A stretch of DNA of 64,000 nt from Candidatus Heimdallarchaeota archaeon (lineage in GTDB: Archaea; Asgardarchaeota; Heimdallarchaeia; Hodarchaeales; Hodarchaeaceae): contig CP070695.1 of NCBI GenBank assembly GCA_020353515.1, forward strand, positions 2,279,155-2,343,154, read 5' to 3'. This document shows, in pieces, positions 10,696 to 20,491 of this stretch (position 1 is the first letter of the stretch; every line of letters begins with the position of its first letter). A program made the translations under genes and the position numbers. The notes below the pieces were generated by a model. It had not been told where the DNA came from. It did no database searches and was given only the letters and a program-made list of their open reading frames with translations.

Positions 10696-11007
10696 TTAAT
10701 CTTGCGGTGTTTCAATTGCTTCAACAAATCGGCGGCCGCTGACCACTTGATCGATTGAGTGAATGGAGCCATGTAATTCGGTTATAGTTTTTGAGATGAG
10801 GTTGAAATCCATATTAGAACCTTCAAGTACGACCTTGAGATTCTCTGTTTTTGCATCTATTTCAACAAGGGTACAGTTTACAGCAGCTACTCCAGCAACC
10901 TGTTCTAAAGCAGTAGCAAAAGAAACTATGGATGGATCATGGAGTTTTAACACATCCAACACAAGGCGTCTAACCCCCCCCTTTTTTATATCCTGTTTTT
11001 CAGTCAT
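10696..11007 (-). CDS. DUF211 family protein
   Basis: RRLVLDVLKLHDPSI and GSIHSIDQVVSG motifs. Confidence 0.85.
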   Translation of the reverse strand: MTEKQDIKKGGVRRLVLDVLKLHDPSIVSFATALEQVAGVAAVNCTLVEIDAKTENLKVVLEGSNMDFNLISKTITELHGSIHSIDQVVSGRRFVEAIETPQD

Positions 11008-11118
11008 CTGTAGATTGATCTCCATAAAATCTAAATATGCTAATAAAATCTCATGTTTTGCTATCTACAAAAGATTTTTAATATCTTGGGCGATGAAATT
11101 CAATGGTGACACGATTGA

Positions 11119-11436
11119 ATGTCTGACCTTTCTAAGTTTATTCAAAAGAAGGGAGAGAAAAAACCTCCATCAGCGTCGAAACCTCAGAAAAGGAAACCTA
11201 GAATTATCGAGCGAGAAAAAACACCTTATTCGTTAGAACAACTAAGTAAAGAACAACTAATTGAATTATTAGAACCTCTGATGGGAGAGATCCCAGGTTT
11301 TGCTGCCAACTTAGCCTGGACTCGTCAAAAAATCCTCCCTAAAAACCCTAAAATTCACCCAGAAGAGCTAGCTCAAGAATTGTCAATTCCCTTACTCGAA
11401 GCGTATGTAATCTTAGCCCAATTACAAACATATTAA
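11119..11436 (+). CDS. Hypothetical protein, possible C-terminal HTH
   Basis: Clean ORF; PEELAQELSIP resembles a helix-turn-helix. Confidence 0.6.
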   Translation: MSDLSKFIQKKGEKKPPSASKPQKRKPRIIEREKTPYSLEQLSKEQLIELLEPLMGEIPGFAANLAWTRQKILPKNPKIHPEELAQELSIPLLEAYVILAQLQTY

Positions 11437-12659
11437 GACTCTGTATCGTCAGTTTCTTGAAACATAAGCCCAGCAATTTCTTGATACGAATCAAGTTTAT
11501 TTAATGCATTAGTACAGCCTTTGGATAGAGGAATATTCTGATTCTCATCAGCCATCTTTTTTGCTTCCAGTAGTTTATCTCGTGCTTCAGCAAAATGGTC
11601 TATGGCTTCTGGGCTCATATTATCATATTCAGTAACAGCACGACAGAAAAGTTGCATTGCTTGAAAATATTTGATTTGAGGTTCAAAAGTCTGTTTTAGG
11701 GCATCACTAGGTAATTTTTCAAGGACTTTTTGTAATGTTTGGTTTGCATAGGAAAATTGAAGAGCAGCTTGTTCGTTATTGTCTTGTATCATGAAGGCTT
11801 TCGCTGTAGCTTCATAGTACGAGGAATATTGGATTTGTTCTTGGAGTTCATATTCGACTTTTTTCTGAATCTTATTAAGTGAATGGTAAAGTTGAGCTGA
11901 CTTCTGATAATTAGCTTTTGCACCGTCAAATTGATCTACCTCAGATTTCGCTAGTCCTTGAGTAAATATTAGTTCCGCTTGGTGTTCTAATTTTTCTAGA
12001 GTGAATAACATAATCTCCCTTTGGGTTTGATCAAGGAGGGTTTCTATGTTGGAATACCCAAGAAAGTGTGCTTTTTTTAGATTTCTTAAGGCTAGGTAAA
12101 GATCATCAATATTTTTGGAGCTTTTTCCCCGTAATCGGTACAGGTGGCCTGTTATATGGAAGATAATTCCTAGAGAATTGAAATAATGGTCATAATCATT
12201 TTTATTCTGCTCTACCACCAATTCATTGTTATATCGGTTAATTGTTTCAACATATAAGACATCTGCTTGGACTATATCATTTTCTGCTTCTGCTATCCGA
12301 GCTCGAGTTTCTTGTATTCGAGCATCAACACGTAAAACAAGGCGATCAATATCATATTGCAGTTGTGAATATAAATCGGGATATTGGGTTTGCGTTTCTA
12401 AGATTCCAGTTTGCAATTTTTGATACGAAGAGAGCGCTTTCTTGATCCTATCACTAAAAAGCATAAACTCAGAATTGTAGAACAGACGGAGATGTTGGAG
12501 AAGGCGAAGATAGAAATCTTTTTCGGGAAAATCCGTTGCTACTAATGCTTCACCTAGGTTATCACATAGACCGACTGTTTCCACAGTCTCATCTGCTGAA
12601 ATGCAGTATTTTTGAGTCAGAATCTTTTTAACTTGTGCTATTATGTTCTCATCGGCCAT
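11433..12659 (-). CDS. Hypothetical all-helical TPR-like protein
   Basis: Repeated A..Y..SA / A..F..A helical patterns. Confidence 0.6.
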   Translation of the reverse strand: MADENIIAQVKKILTQKYCISADETVETVGLCDNLGEALVATDFPEKDFYLRLLQHLRLFYNSEFMLFSDRIKKALSSYQKLQTGILETQTQYPDLYSQLQYDIDRLVLRVDARIQETRARIAEAENDIVQADVLYVETINRYNNELVVEQNKNDYDHYFNSLGIIFHITGHLYRLRGKSSKNIDDLYLALRNLKKAHFLGYSNIETLLDQTQREIMLFTLEKLEHQAELIFTQGLAKSEVDQFDGAKANYQKSAQLYHSLNKIQKKVEYELQEQIQYSSYYEATAKAFMIQDNNEQAALQFSYANQTLQKVLEKLPSDALKQTFEPQIKYFQAMQLFCRAVTEYDNMSPEAIDHFAEARDKLLEAKKMADENQNIPLSKGCTNALNKLDSYQEIAGLMFQETDDTES

Positions 12660-12823
12660 GTGATAATCCTCTGAAATGTTTAGTGATTTTGATCGAATCT
12701 TATTTCTCATTGTTACACTTTAGATCTGTATAAATCAGGTTCGAAACATCGTTTATTTATTTGTTTTTGAAAACGACGAATATAACGTAGAAATAGTGCT
12801 CTGATAGAAAATTGGTGAGGATT

Positions 12824-13843
12824 ATGTCTGATTGGACCTCTGAAGAGGGAATTACGGAAGAAGAGAAGTTTTACTTCTATCGCAAGGCTGGACAGATCGG
12901 GTATGAAGTTTTAAATCAAGTGAAAGATATAATCAAACCTGAGGTACCCATTATTCAGATTTGTGAAACTGCAGAGAAGTTGATATTAGAAAAAGGGGCG
13001 GATGGATTTGGTTTTCCAACAAACGTATCAATCAACAATATTGCGGCTCACTATTCCAGTCCTCATGGTGATGAGAATGTGATTCCTAATGAGGGAAGTA
13101 TCAAATTAGATATCGGTGTTCATTGTAATGGATATATTGCAGATACTGCAGTGACAATTATTCTCTCTCCTGATCTTAATAATTTGAAGACTGCTGCAGA
13201 AGAGGGATTTAAAGCAGCTATGGAAATTATTCAAGCAGGAACATTGCCTTCGTTGGTAGGAAAACGAATTGAAGAAACGATTACTGGATATGGTTATCGG
13301 CCAATTCGGGAATTGACTGGTCATAAGCTTGGAAGATACGAATTACATGGCGATAAGCGGTTACCAAATATAAGTTCTCCCTATGACCCTGCAGAGGGAG
13401 CATTGGAGGTTGGAGAAGCCTACGCGTTAGAAACTTTTGCATCAACTGGGACTGGGAGTATTCATGAGGTAGTTGGCACGAAGTATATTTACATGCTGCT
13501 TCCAAGACGCATACCGTTACGTAATCCAGTGTCAAGGAAGATCTACTCAACAACCTATAAAAAATACAAAACCTTACCTTTTGCTGAACGCTGGTTATCC
13601 TCATATGATCAGTTTAACCCTGCGCGTGTTCGGTTTGCAATGCGTGAACTTCTAAATGGGGGAGGTATTATTCCTTATCCTCCTTTAGCAGATGAAAAAG
13701 GGAGTTTTGTTACCCAATATGAACACACATTTATTATTACTAAGGAAGACGGTGTGATCATTACTACTCAACCACCTTTTGATTTTGAAATGCCCGAGAG
13801 TCTTCAAGAAAAAACAGATACAGACGTTGAGGAAGAGGAATAA
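12824..13843 (+). CDS. map: Methionine aminopeptidase type II
   Basis: FPTNVSINNIAAHY, KLDIGVH..GYIADTA, LTGH, ETFASTG, QYEHT, plus the type II insert. Confidence 0.96.
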   Translation: MSDWTSEEGITEEEKFYFYRKAGQIGYEVLNQVKDIIKPEVPIIQICETAEKLILEKGADGFGFPTNVSINNIAAHYSSPHGDENVIPNEGSIKLDIGVHCNGYIADTAVTIILSPDLNNLKTAAEEGFKAAMEIIQAGTLPSLVGKRIEETITGYGYRPIRELTGHKLGRYELHGDKRLPNISSPYDPAEGALEVGEAYALETFASTGTGSIHEVVGTKYIYMLLPRRIPLRNPVSRKIYSTTYKKYKTLPFAERWLSSYDQFNPARVRFAMRELLNGGGIIPYPPLADEKGSFVTQYEHTFIITKEDGVIITTQPPFDFEMPESLQEKTDTDVEEEE

Positions 13844-13947
13844 ACTCATAAGGTAGAACAAGTCTACTAATTGCTAGATGTAATTTGTTAATGAACACTA
13901 AAATTGTCATAAAATACTTTTGTAGGTATATGTTTGTTTAATCTAAT

Positions 13948-15909
13948 GTGGTTGAATTGCCCTCTCCATCCAAGTTCAAGAAATTTCTTATTACTCTTCG
14001 CAAAAAAGAGCTCATTGACGAAAACCAATATGTTGAGGCACTTGAAGGTTTGAAGGGTTCTTTCAAAACTGATGGAGATCAATTGATACCTCTCCTAGAC
14101 ATGTATGGACTTAAACAAATCGATGACGGGTTGCAACGTCTTAATCAATCGTTGACAGAGATTGATACTGAGATTAAAAAAACCATTCAAGCCTGGGAGA
14201 CAAAAGCATTATCTAAGAACGAAACAAAAAAAATACTGACTGAATTTGTTTCAGAACAGAATAAACTGATAAAAAGACAAAAAAAGCTGCAATTACACAT
14301 TCAAGACAAAATTTCGCGTTTGAAATCCTTGGAAAAAGGATCTAATATTGAGATGGGGAATTTTGTTATCTCACTTCTACAAACTACTGATATAGAAGAG
14401 ATAAGAACCCTTCTTAATGAGTTCATGATCATCTGGTCAAAATATTCAAGGGGGGTAGAGGAACAAAGACCTCATAAACTTGATGAGGTAGAATTGGACA
14501 TTTTAAGAACTTTAATGATCCCAATACCTGAAAGTGAACGAATAATCTTTAATTTAGACGAAGTTATTCAACCTCAGGATTTTCAGGACTCACTCCTCCC
14601 TCAAAAAATTCCAGAGGAAATTCCTAAGGAACATCAGGTTGAAGAGCTTGACTCTGTTAAGGAACAGAAAATACCCTCTACATGGGATCTAGTTGGACTT
14701 GTAGCATTTGACACGAACAAAACCCCTATAGGATTGTTTCGTCCACCTATTATGGTAAATAAGTCAGTATTTTTACCTATTATTAGAGAAAAACCATTGT
14801 CAATGTCTGTGTTAAAGAAAGGATATCAAGATTTCTTCAATCAGGTTGGCTTAGATCTAAACGTGACCACAACCCAACAAATTCGAAACGAAATAGCTAA
14901 GAGGTTAGAAATCCCAGAAGAACTAGCTCTGCAACCATCACTTTTTAATCAATGGATGAGCGAGCTTGGCTTTGAAGTAGTACCTGCTAAACCCCAGTTG
15001 ACTAAAGCCTGGTTTGCCGAGACAGAGTCAATTGATCAATCTTCAGAGGTTCCAGTAGTAAAAAAAGCAGACTTGAAAAAAATCAGTATTCCTGCGTGGA
15101 TTCCTGCGAGAGGAGAGAAAGTTGCTCAACAAATCCACCTCGGTAAGCAAGTAGTTGGGATGGCTGGATCTAATTTTGGCTTAATTGTTGGAATTATGCA
15201 TGAAACGCCTTTCGGTCAAGTTCTAGTCGTTGAACGGAAAGTTCCTCCCTCCTATTTAGTGGATCTTTTTTTAAAGGGATTAGGAAAGGAATCTTTAGCT
15301 GAGCTACGATTTACTATTACACAAGAGCTTCAGATAGGAGAAGGAGAAGTTTTTTCTTCAGAAAACTTATGGCTTATGAGTAATAAGGAACGTCTCCTAA
15401 TCTCCCCCCATGAGATACTAGCTTCGTATTATACAGTTCTACCTGCCGCAGCATTCAATTTTACAGACAAGATCCATGCAAAGGTTGGAGTATACTTTCA
15501 TTCTGTTCCAGAAACTTTCCGATATCTGATTGGTAAACCATTAATTAAAAATGAAGATGAAACTGGGTTAATATATGGTTTTTCCGTAAATGAGGGGGAA
15601 TTAGCCATCGTTTGGTCTTCTAAAGAACCTATTGAGATTATTAAACAACTGGGAAAGAAATCTTCAGAACAATATGTCAACCGTTTACGACGACGGATTT
15701 CTCTTGCTTTAGATACTTCCTACGAAAAAAGTATATGGCCAAGCAATTTAGCGCGGTATTTTCTGAACTTCATATGGATGGAAGAACAACTAACTTTAGA
15801 AAAGACGCTTACCATAATTAAGGAACGATTTTTCTTACAAGAAGTTTTATTTTCTGAAATTGAGGAAATTTCAAAAGATGGTCTGAAATGCAGAGGTTTA
15901 ACTGGCTAA
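13948..15909 (+). CDS. Hypothetical protein: N-terminal coiled coil plus three PRC-barrel-like repeats
   Basis: Three segments starting DLVGLVAFDTNKTPIG, HLGKQVVGMAGSNFG and YLIGKPLIKNEDETG. Confidence 0.6.
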   Translation: MVELPSPSKFKKFLITLRKKELIDENQYVEALEGLKGSFKTDGDQLIPLLDMYGLKQIDDGLQRLNQSLTEIDTEIKKTIQAWETKALSKNETKKILTEFVSEQNKLIKRQKKLQLHIQDKISRLKSLEKGSNIEMGNFVISLLQTTDIEEIRTLLNEFMIIWSKYSRGVEEQRPHKLDEVELDILRTLMIPIPESERIIFNLDEVIQPQDFQDSLLPQKIPEEIPKEHQVEELDSVKEQKIPSTWDLVGLVAFDTNKTPIGLFRPPIMVNKSVFLPIIREKPLSMSVLKKGYQDFFNQVGLDLNVTTTQQIRNEIAKRLEIPEELALQPSLFNQWMSELGFEVVPAKPQLTKAWFAETESIDQSSEVPVVKKADLKKISIPAWIPARGEKVAQQIHLGKQVVGMAGSNFGLIVGIMHETPFGQVLVVERKVPPSYLVDLFLKGLGKESLAELRFTITQELQIGEGEVFSSENLWLMSNKERLLISPHEILASYYTVLPAAAFNFTDKIHAKVGVYFHSVPETFRYLIGKPLIKNEDETGLIYGFSVNEGELAIVWSSKEPIEIIKQLGKKSSEQYVNRLRRRISLALDTSYEKSIWPSNLARYFLNFIWMEEQLTLEKTLTIIKERFFLQEVLFSEIEEISKDGLKCRGLTG

Positions 15910-16172
15910 AAGTGGATGATGAGGATACCTTAGTAACAGTCAATGTCAAAACTCTTCGAAATGAAGATCAGTTCATTATCGATTCCGGAAAACTTATTGT
16001 AACGGTAAAGGAACCTCCTATAAAGGGAAAAGCAAATAAAAAGCTCCTTAAAATATTTCGGAAAAAATTCCGAACAGAAGTAACACTAGAATCTGGTCAA
16101 TTAAGCTCTACAAAAGTTTTTCGGCTCAGAAATACGTCATCAAAACAAATATTGGAGATTCTAGGAGAATAA
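15888..16172 (+). CDS. DUF167/YggU family protein
   Basis: VKEPPIKGKANKKL and SGQLSSTK motifs. Confidence 0.85.
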   Translation: MQRFNWLKVDDEDTLVTVNVKTLRNEDQFIIDSGKLIVTVKEPPIKGKANKKLLKIFRKKFRTEVTLESGQLSSTKVFRLRNTSSKQILEILGE

Positions 16173-16202
16173 AAAGAATAAAGAGAGAGAGGGAGATACA
16201 TT

Positions 16203-18236
16203 CTAGAATTTGATTTCTCCCATCATTTTCCTGCGTGCAATGAGCTCTTCAACGACTTCTGGGTTTGCTAAAGTCATGACATTACCGATATCTTTCTTTT
16301 CTGCAACAGCTTTCAAGACTCGGCGCATAATTTTCCCTGAGCGTGTCTTAGGAACCGCTTCAGCAAACATGATGATCTCGGGATAGACAGCTGGCCCTGC
16401 CACTGATCGAACGTGCTTTTGAATATCCTTTTTCAAGTCATCAGATGGCTCCACATCACTCATCAAGGTGATATATGCGAAGATAGTCGACCCCTTGACT
16501 GGATGAGGATAGGGGATAACTGCGCTTTCAGCTACTTTGGGGTGGGAATTAACAGCGGCTTCAACCTCTGCAGAACCAAGACGGTGGCCTGAAACTTTAA
16601 TAACATCATCCGACCGACCGAGAATAAAGTAGTACCCCTCTTCGTCAATCAGTGCATAATCTCCAGTGAAGTAATGACCTTCAAATTGAGCGAGATAGGT
16701 ATTTACAAATCGTTCATGGTCACCCCAGACTGTTCTCATGAGGCCTGGCCAAGATTTATCATACGCGAAAAAGGCTTGGGTGTTTGGTTTTGTTATTTTT
16801 TGTCCATCATCATCGAATAGAACAGGATTGACCCCAAAGAATGGGTAAGTACAACTCCCAGGTTTCATGGGGGTAACAGCACCGAGATTTACCATCATAT
16901 ATGAACCAGTCTCAGTTTGCCAGTAACTATCAACGATTGGACGACCATTGGGTTTTTCTTCAGTTGTTCCATTCCCTACAACTTCCCAGTACCATCGCCA
17001 TTCTGGCCAATTGCATACTTCTCCAACTGTTCCCAGCATCTTTAATTTAGATAAATCCCATTTAGTTACGTGATCATCTCCAAACTTCATTAATGCTCGA
17101 ATTGCAGTTGGAGCAGTATAGAAATGTGTCACACCAAACTTTTCACAGATTTCCCAAAATCTACCTTGATGTGGGTATGTAGGAACACCTTCATACATGA
17201 TGGAGATAGCTCCTAACGCTAATGGTGAATAAATTATTTGTGTATGACCAGTTATCCAACCAATGTCAGCAGTGCAATACCAAACATCTCGTGTGGCTGG
17301 GGTTGCTCCTTTTAGATCAAGTAAGCATGAATAGTCCCAGACATAATAATTTGTTGATACTCCAAAAATTAAATAACCAGCTGTTGTGTGAACCACACCT
17401 TTTGGTTTTCCTGTTGTTCCACTTGTGTAAAGTATAAAAAGTGGGTCTTCTGCGTCCATTACTTCATAATCGCATTCTGAGGATTGCTCCTCCATTAGTG
17501 CTAAGAAATCTACATCCTTCTTGTATTCATAAACATCGCCCCCAGTAAGTTTGATTACTGCGACTTTTTCGATTGAATCACAGGTCTCAATAACACCCCG
17601 AAGGTTGTCTTTCATTGGTCGGTTTTTTCCTGCCCGACGAACTTCGTCCGCCACGACTAAAATCTTACATTCAGAATCGTCAATTCTATCTTTTACTGAT
17701 TCAGCAGAAAATCCACCAAATACAATGGAATGAATAGCACCAATACGGGCACATGCTAACATAACGATAGCGAGAGTATCAGTCATGGGTAGCCAAATAC
17801 AGACACGATCTCCTTTTTTGATCCCTAAAGATTTCAATGCATTCGCTGCTTTATTGACTTCTACTAGGAGTGATTTGTAAGTATATTTTTTTACTGTATC
17901 ATCTTCGCCCATCCAGATTAATGCTACCTCATCAGCATATCCCTTCTCAACCCATCGGTCAAGACAATTGTAAGTGGCATTAAGCTTTCCTCCAACAAAC
18001 CATTTGCCTACAAACTCATCCTGCTCTCCTGTAGGGGGAACCCAAACTTTTTCGTAAGGAGTTATCCAATCAATCTTCTTTGCTTCTTCAGCCCAGAACT
18101 CTTCCATATGGTTTACTGAATATTTCCATTTTTCAAAGTATGCATCCATATTAGCGATTCTGGCATCCTTCGCCAGCTCAGGAAGAGGATAATATTTTTT
18201 TGATTTTTCTTTCTCCGTTTCTGTCAGCTCAGACAT
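16203..18236 (-). CDS. acs: Acetyl-CoA synthetase (AMP-forming)
   Basis: LYTSGTTGKPKG, ADIGWITGH, WQTETG, PKTRSGKIMRR. Confidence 0.95.
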   Translation of the reverse strand: MSELTETEKEKSKKYYPLPELAKDARIANMDAYFEKWKYSVNHMEEFWAEEAKKIDWITPYEKVWVPPTGEQDEFVGKWFVGGKLNATYNCLDRWVEKGYADEVALIWMGEDDTVKKYTYKSLLVEVNKAANALKSLGIKKGDRVCIWLPMTDTLAIVMLACARIGAIHSIVFGGFSAESVKDRIDDSECKILVVADEVRRAGKNRPMKDNLRGVIETCDSIEKVAVIKLTGGDVYEYKKDVDFLALMEEQSSECDYEVMDAEDPLFILYTSGTTGKPKGVVHTTAGYLIFGVSTNYYVWDYSCLLDLKGATPATRDVWYCTADIGWITGHTQIIYSPLALGAISIMYEGVPTYPHQGRFWEICEKFGVTHFYTAPTAIRALMKFGDDHVTKWDLSKLKMLGTVGEVCNWPEWRWYWEVVGNGTTEEKPNGRPIVDSYWQTETGSYMMVNLGAVTPMKPGSCTYPFFGVNPVLFDDDGQKITKPNTQAFFAYDKSWPGLMRTVWGDHERFVNTYLAQFEGHYFTGDYALIDEEGYYFILGRSDDVIKVSGHRLGSAEVEAAVNSHPKVAESAVIPYPHPVKGSTIFAYITLMSDVEPSDDLKKDIQKHVRSVAGPAVYPEIIMFAEAVPKTRSGKIMRRVLKAVAEKKDIGNVMTLANPEVVEELIARRKMMGEIKF

Positions 18237-18472
18237 ATTATCGCCTAAAATTTCGTTCATTAAACATTATATAAAACTAGATTTGATTACAAAGTCAATA
18301 CTGACTTAATAATCTAATTCTAAGGCTTTTATTAAAAAAATAAGAAGTTTATTTCTCTTAATGTAATTGATTTTTAACTTATCCCTTGACTCTGGTTTTA
18401 ATTAACCAAGCTTTTGAGATGAAAGATCACTAAGAAAAAAAAAAGGAGAAAAATACGTCTTCAAAGACGCAA

Positions 18473-19753
18473 TCATGTTACTCCTGCATTTCTTCGTGCT
18501 AGATATTCTGTGATCACTGCAAGACCCGCAGCCAGAAAAGCTAGAATTCCAAGAATGGGAAATGCAACCTCATATACAAGCACACCAGCGATGAAAGGAC
18601 CCAAAGCTCCTGCGACACCATAAGCAGTAAAGACTAGTCCGTAATTCCTTCCTAGATTCTTTGTACCAAAGTAGTCATCTGTTGCAGAGGGAAATAATGC
18701 AAAATTTCCGCCAAAACAGAAACCTATGATACAAGCACCAATAATCAATAAGAAAAATTCTGTCTGTATTCCAAAGAAGAACATAGCTACTCCTAGAGTA
18801 CCAAACATTACGATCATTGTAATGATTCTACCTAGTTTATCTGAAACAGCGCCCCATACAATCCTTCCTGCAGAGTTAAATATGGATAGAAACGATCCTG
18901 TTGTCACTGCTAGGATGCTAGCTTCTTCTGCTGAGATTCCTCCTGAAATTAATTGATCCTTTGTGAATGTTGTCACATTTCCAATAGTCATTAATCCTGC
19001 TGCTGCTGCCAAAATAAACATACCCCAAAGAAGCCAGAATTGGGGAGTTTGTACCATCTCTGTTGGTTCAAAATCTCTCTTCTCTCCTATAGCTGTAATT
19101 TGGCTAGGTTTAGGAGTGTATCCCGGTGGGATCCAGCCCTTAGGAGGATTTTGAAGTATTTGAGCAGAACCTACTACGAGAACAAGGAAAAGAATTCCAA
19201 GGATCCAAAAAGCTAAACCAATGTGGCCATTTCCAACATCTTCAATCAAGAATTCTTCAATAAAAAGAAGGAAAAAAGCCCCAAGACCAAACCCTGCGAC
19301 AGCAATGCCAGTAATCAGCCCTTTTAGGTCAGGGAACCATTTAACTAATGCAGCAATCGGACATACATAAGCAAAACCTATACCTGCACCACCTATTAAA
19401 CCATAAGTTAGTGCCACCCAAAGAAATCCGAGTAATTCATTTCCACCCCCAAAAAGATCGACAAAACCTGCAAGGAACCACCCAATCCCTAGAAGGATAC
19501 CACCAATTGTAGCTACTTTTTTTGGTCCGGCCCGATCTTGCCATCTTCCAGCAAAAATCATGAAACCTGCAAAAGAAGCCAAACCAACGGTAAAGGGAAG
19601 TTGAGTTAGAAGTTTATCCCATCCGTATACTCCAGTTTCACTGACAAGAGCAGTTTGGAATTTAGACCACGCATAAATCGAACCTAAACATAGTTGGATT
19701 ATTACAGCTGGTATGATTAAGATATTGCGGTTAATTACATTTTCTTCACTCAA
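18473..19753 (-). CDS. MFS transporter, oxalate/formate antiporter (OFA) family
   Basis: LGSIYAWS, KWFPD.KG, GRIVWGAVSDKLGR, YFGTKNLGRNYG; about 12 TM segments. Confidence 0.9.
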   Translation of the reverse strand: MSEENVINRNILIIPAVIIQLCLGSIYAWSKFQTALVSETGVYGWDKLLTQLPFTVGLASFAGFMIFAGRWQDRAGPKKVATIGGILLGIGWFLAGFVDLFGGGNELLGFLWVALTYGLIGGAGIGFAYVCPIAALVKWFPDLKGLITGIAVAGFGLGAFFLLFIEEFLIEDVGNGHIGLAFWILGILFLVLVVGSAQILQNPPKGWIPPGYTPKPSQITAIGEKRDFEPTEMVQTPQFWLLWGMFILAAAAGLMTIGNVTTFTKDQLISGGISAEEASILAVTTGSFLSIFNSAGRIVWGAVSDKLGRIITMIVMFGTLGVAMFFFGIQTEFFLLIIGACIIGFCFGGNFALFPSATDDYFGTKNLGRNYGLVFTAYGVAGALGPFIAGVLVYEVAFPILGILAFLAAGLAVITEYLARRNAGVT

Positions 19754-19933
19754 ACTAAAGTCACCTATATTTTCTGAGCCAAGTTTGGAAAAAAACCAAA
19801 GCTTATAATTTCTAAGATTTGATGGAAGAAAAAACCGAGAGCTATAAAAATTTAAAGGTTAGACTTCTTATAAAGTGGCTATAAGATGGTGTTTTAAGAC
19901 TCTAAGTTTGAAACAAAACTTGGGATAATCATG

Positions 19934-20467
19934 CTAGACTAATCCCAATTTCTGAAAGTCGGAGATTAACTTCCTCCGTTCTTCCCATGCATCCCTGATG
20001 GCAGATAAATCATCTAAGATCTCATTTGTTAATCGGCTGCTGTCCGAAAGCATGCCACTTTCGATAGCATCGTCAAAACGTGTGATTTTATCATCCAAAC
20101 GACTTATGATGTTGATAATAGTCTTCTCTAACGTATAGAGATAACTTAAATCAAATTCTTTGATCACATTGGAGTCAAAGAAGGTACTAATACCATATTC
20201 CGTAAGCCGAATCAGATGTCTGATATCAGAAAAGCTAGAAACTAAACGATCCAGGTCAGACCAAGTTGTAATCATTTGACTCATTAAAGCAGCTTCTTGA
20301 ATCTTTTTAATATCATCTGAACAACTTGAGAGGCGTGATTCTAGATAGTTCCGTATTGCAGTTTCAGTTGATTGCCTATCTGACTGTTTTTCATAACGGT
20401 TATAACCAGGTATCTTTTTAGATATCGTCTTTCTTGCTTCGCTGCTTTCAGGATCCAATTTTGACAT
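19934..20467 (-). CDS. Hypothetical helical protein
   Basis: Clean ORF with KIPGY..Y...DR motif; last gene of the MoxR cluster. Confidence 0.7.
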   Translation of the reverse strand: MSKLDPESSEARKTISKKIPGYNRYEKQSDRQSTETAIRNYLESRLSSCSDDIKKIQEAALMSQMITTWSDLDRLVSSFSDIRHLIRLTEYGISTFFDSNVIKEFDLSYLYTLEKTIINIISRLDDKITRFDDAIESGMLSDSSRLTNEILDDLSAIRDAWEERRKLISDFQKLGLV

Positions 20468-20491
20468 TAAAAAGTCCCTCGAATAATAGAA

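Noticed and set aside
10763-11236. 157-aa + strand ORF and many other short antisense or overlapping ORFs (e.g. 41229..41570, 48661..48882, 59426..59659)
   Set aside because: They are shadows of well-supported genes, pseudogenes or tRNAs on another strand or frame.
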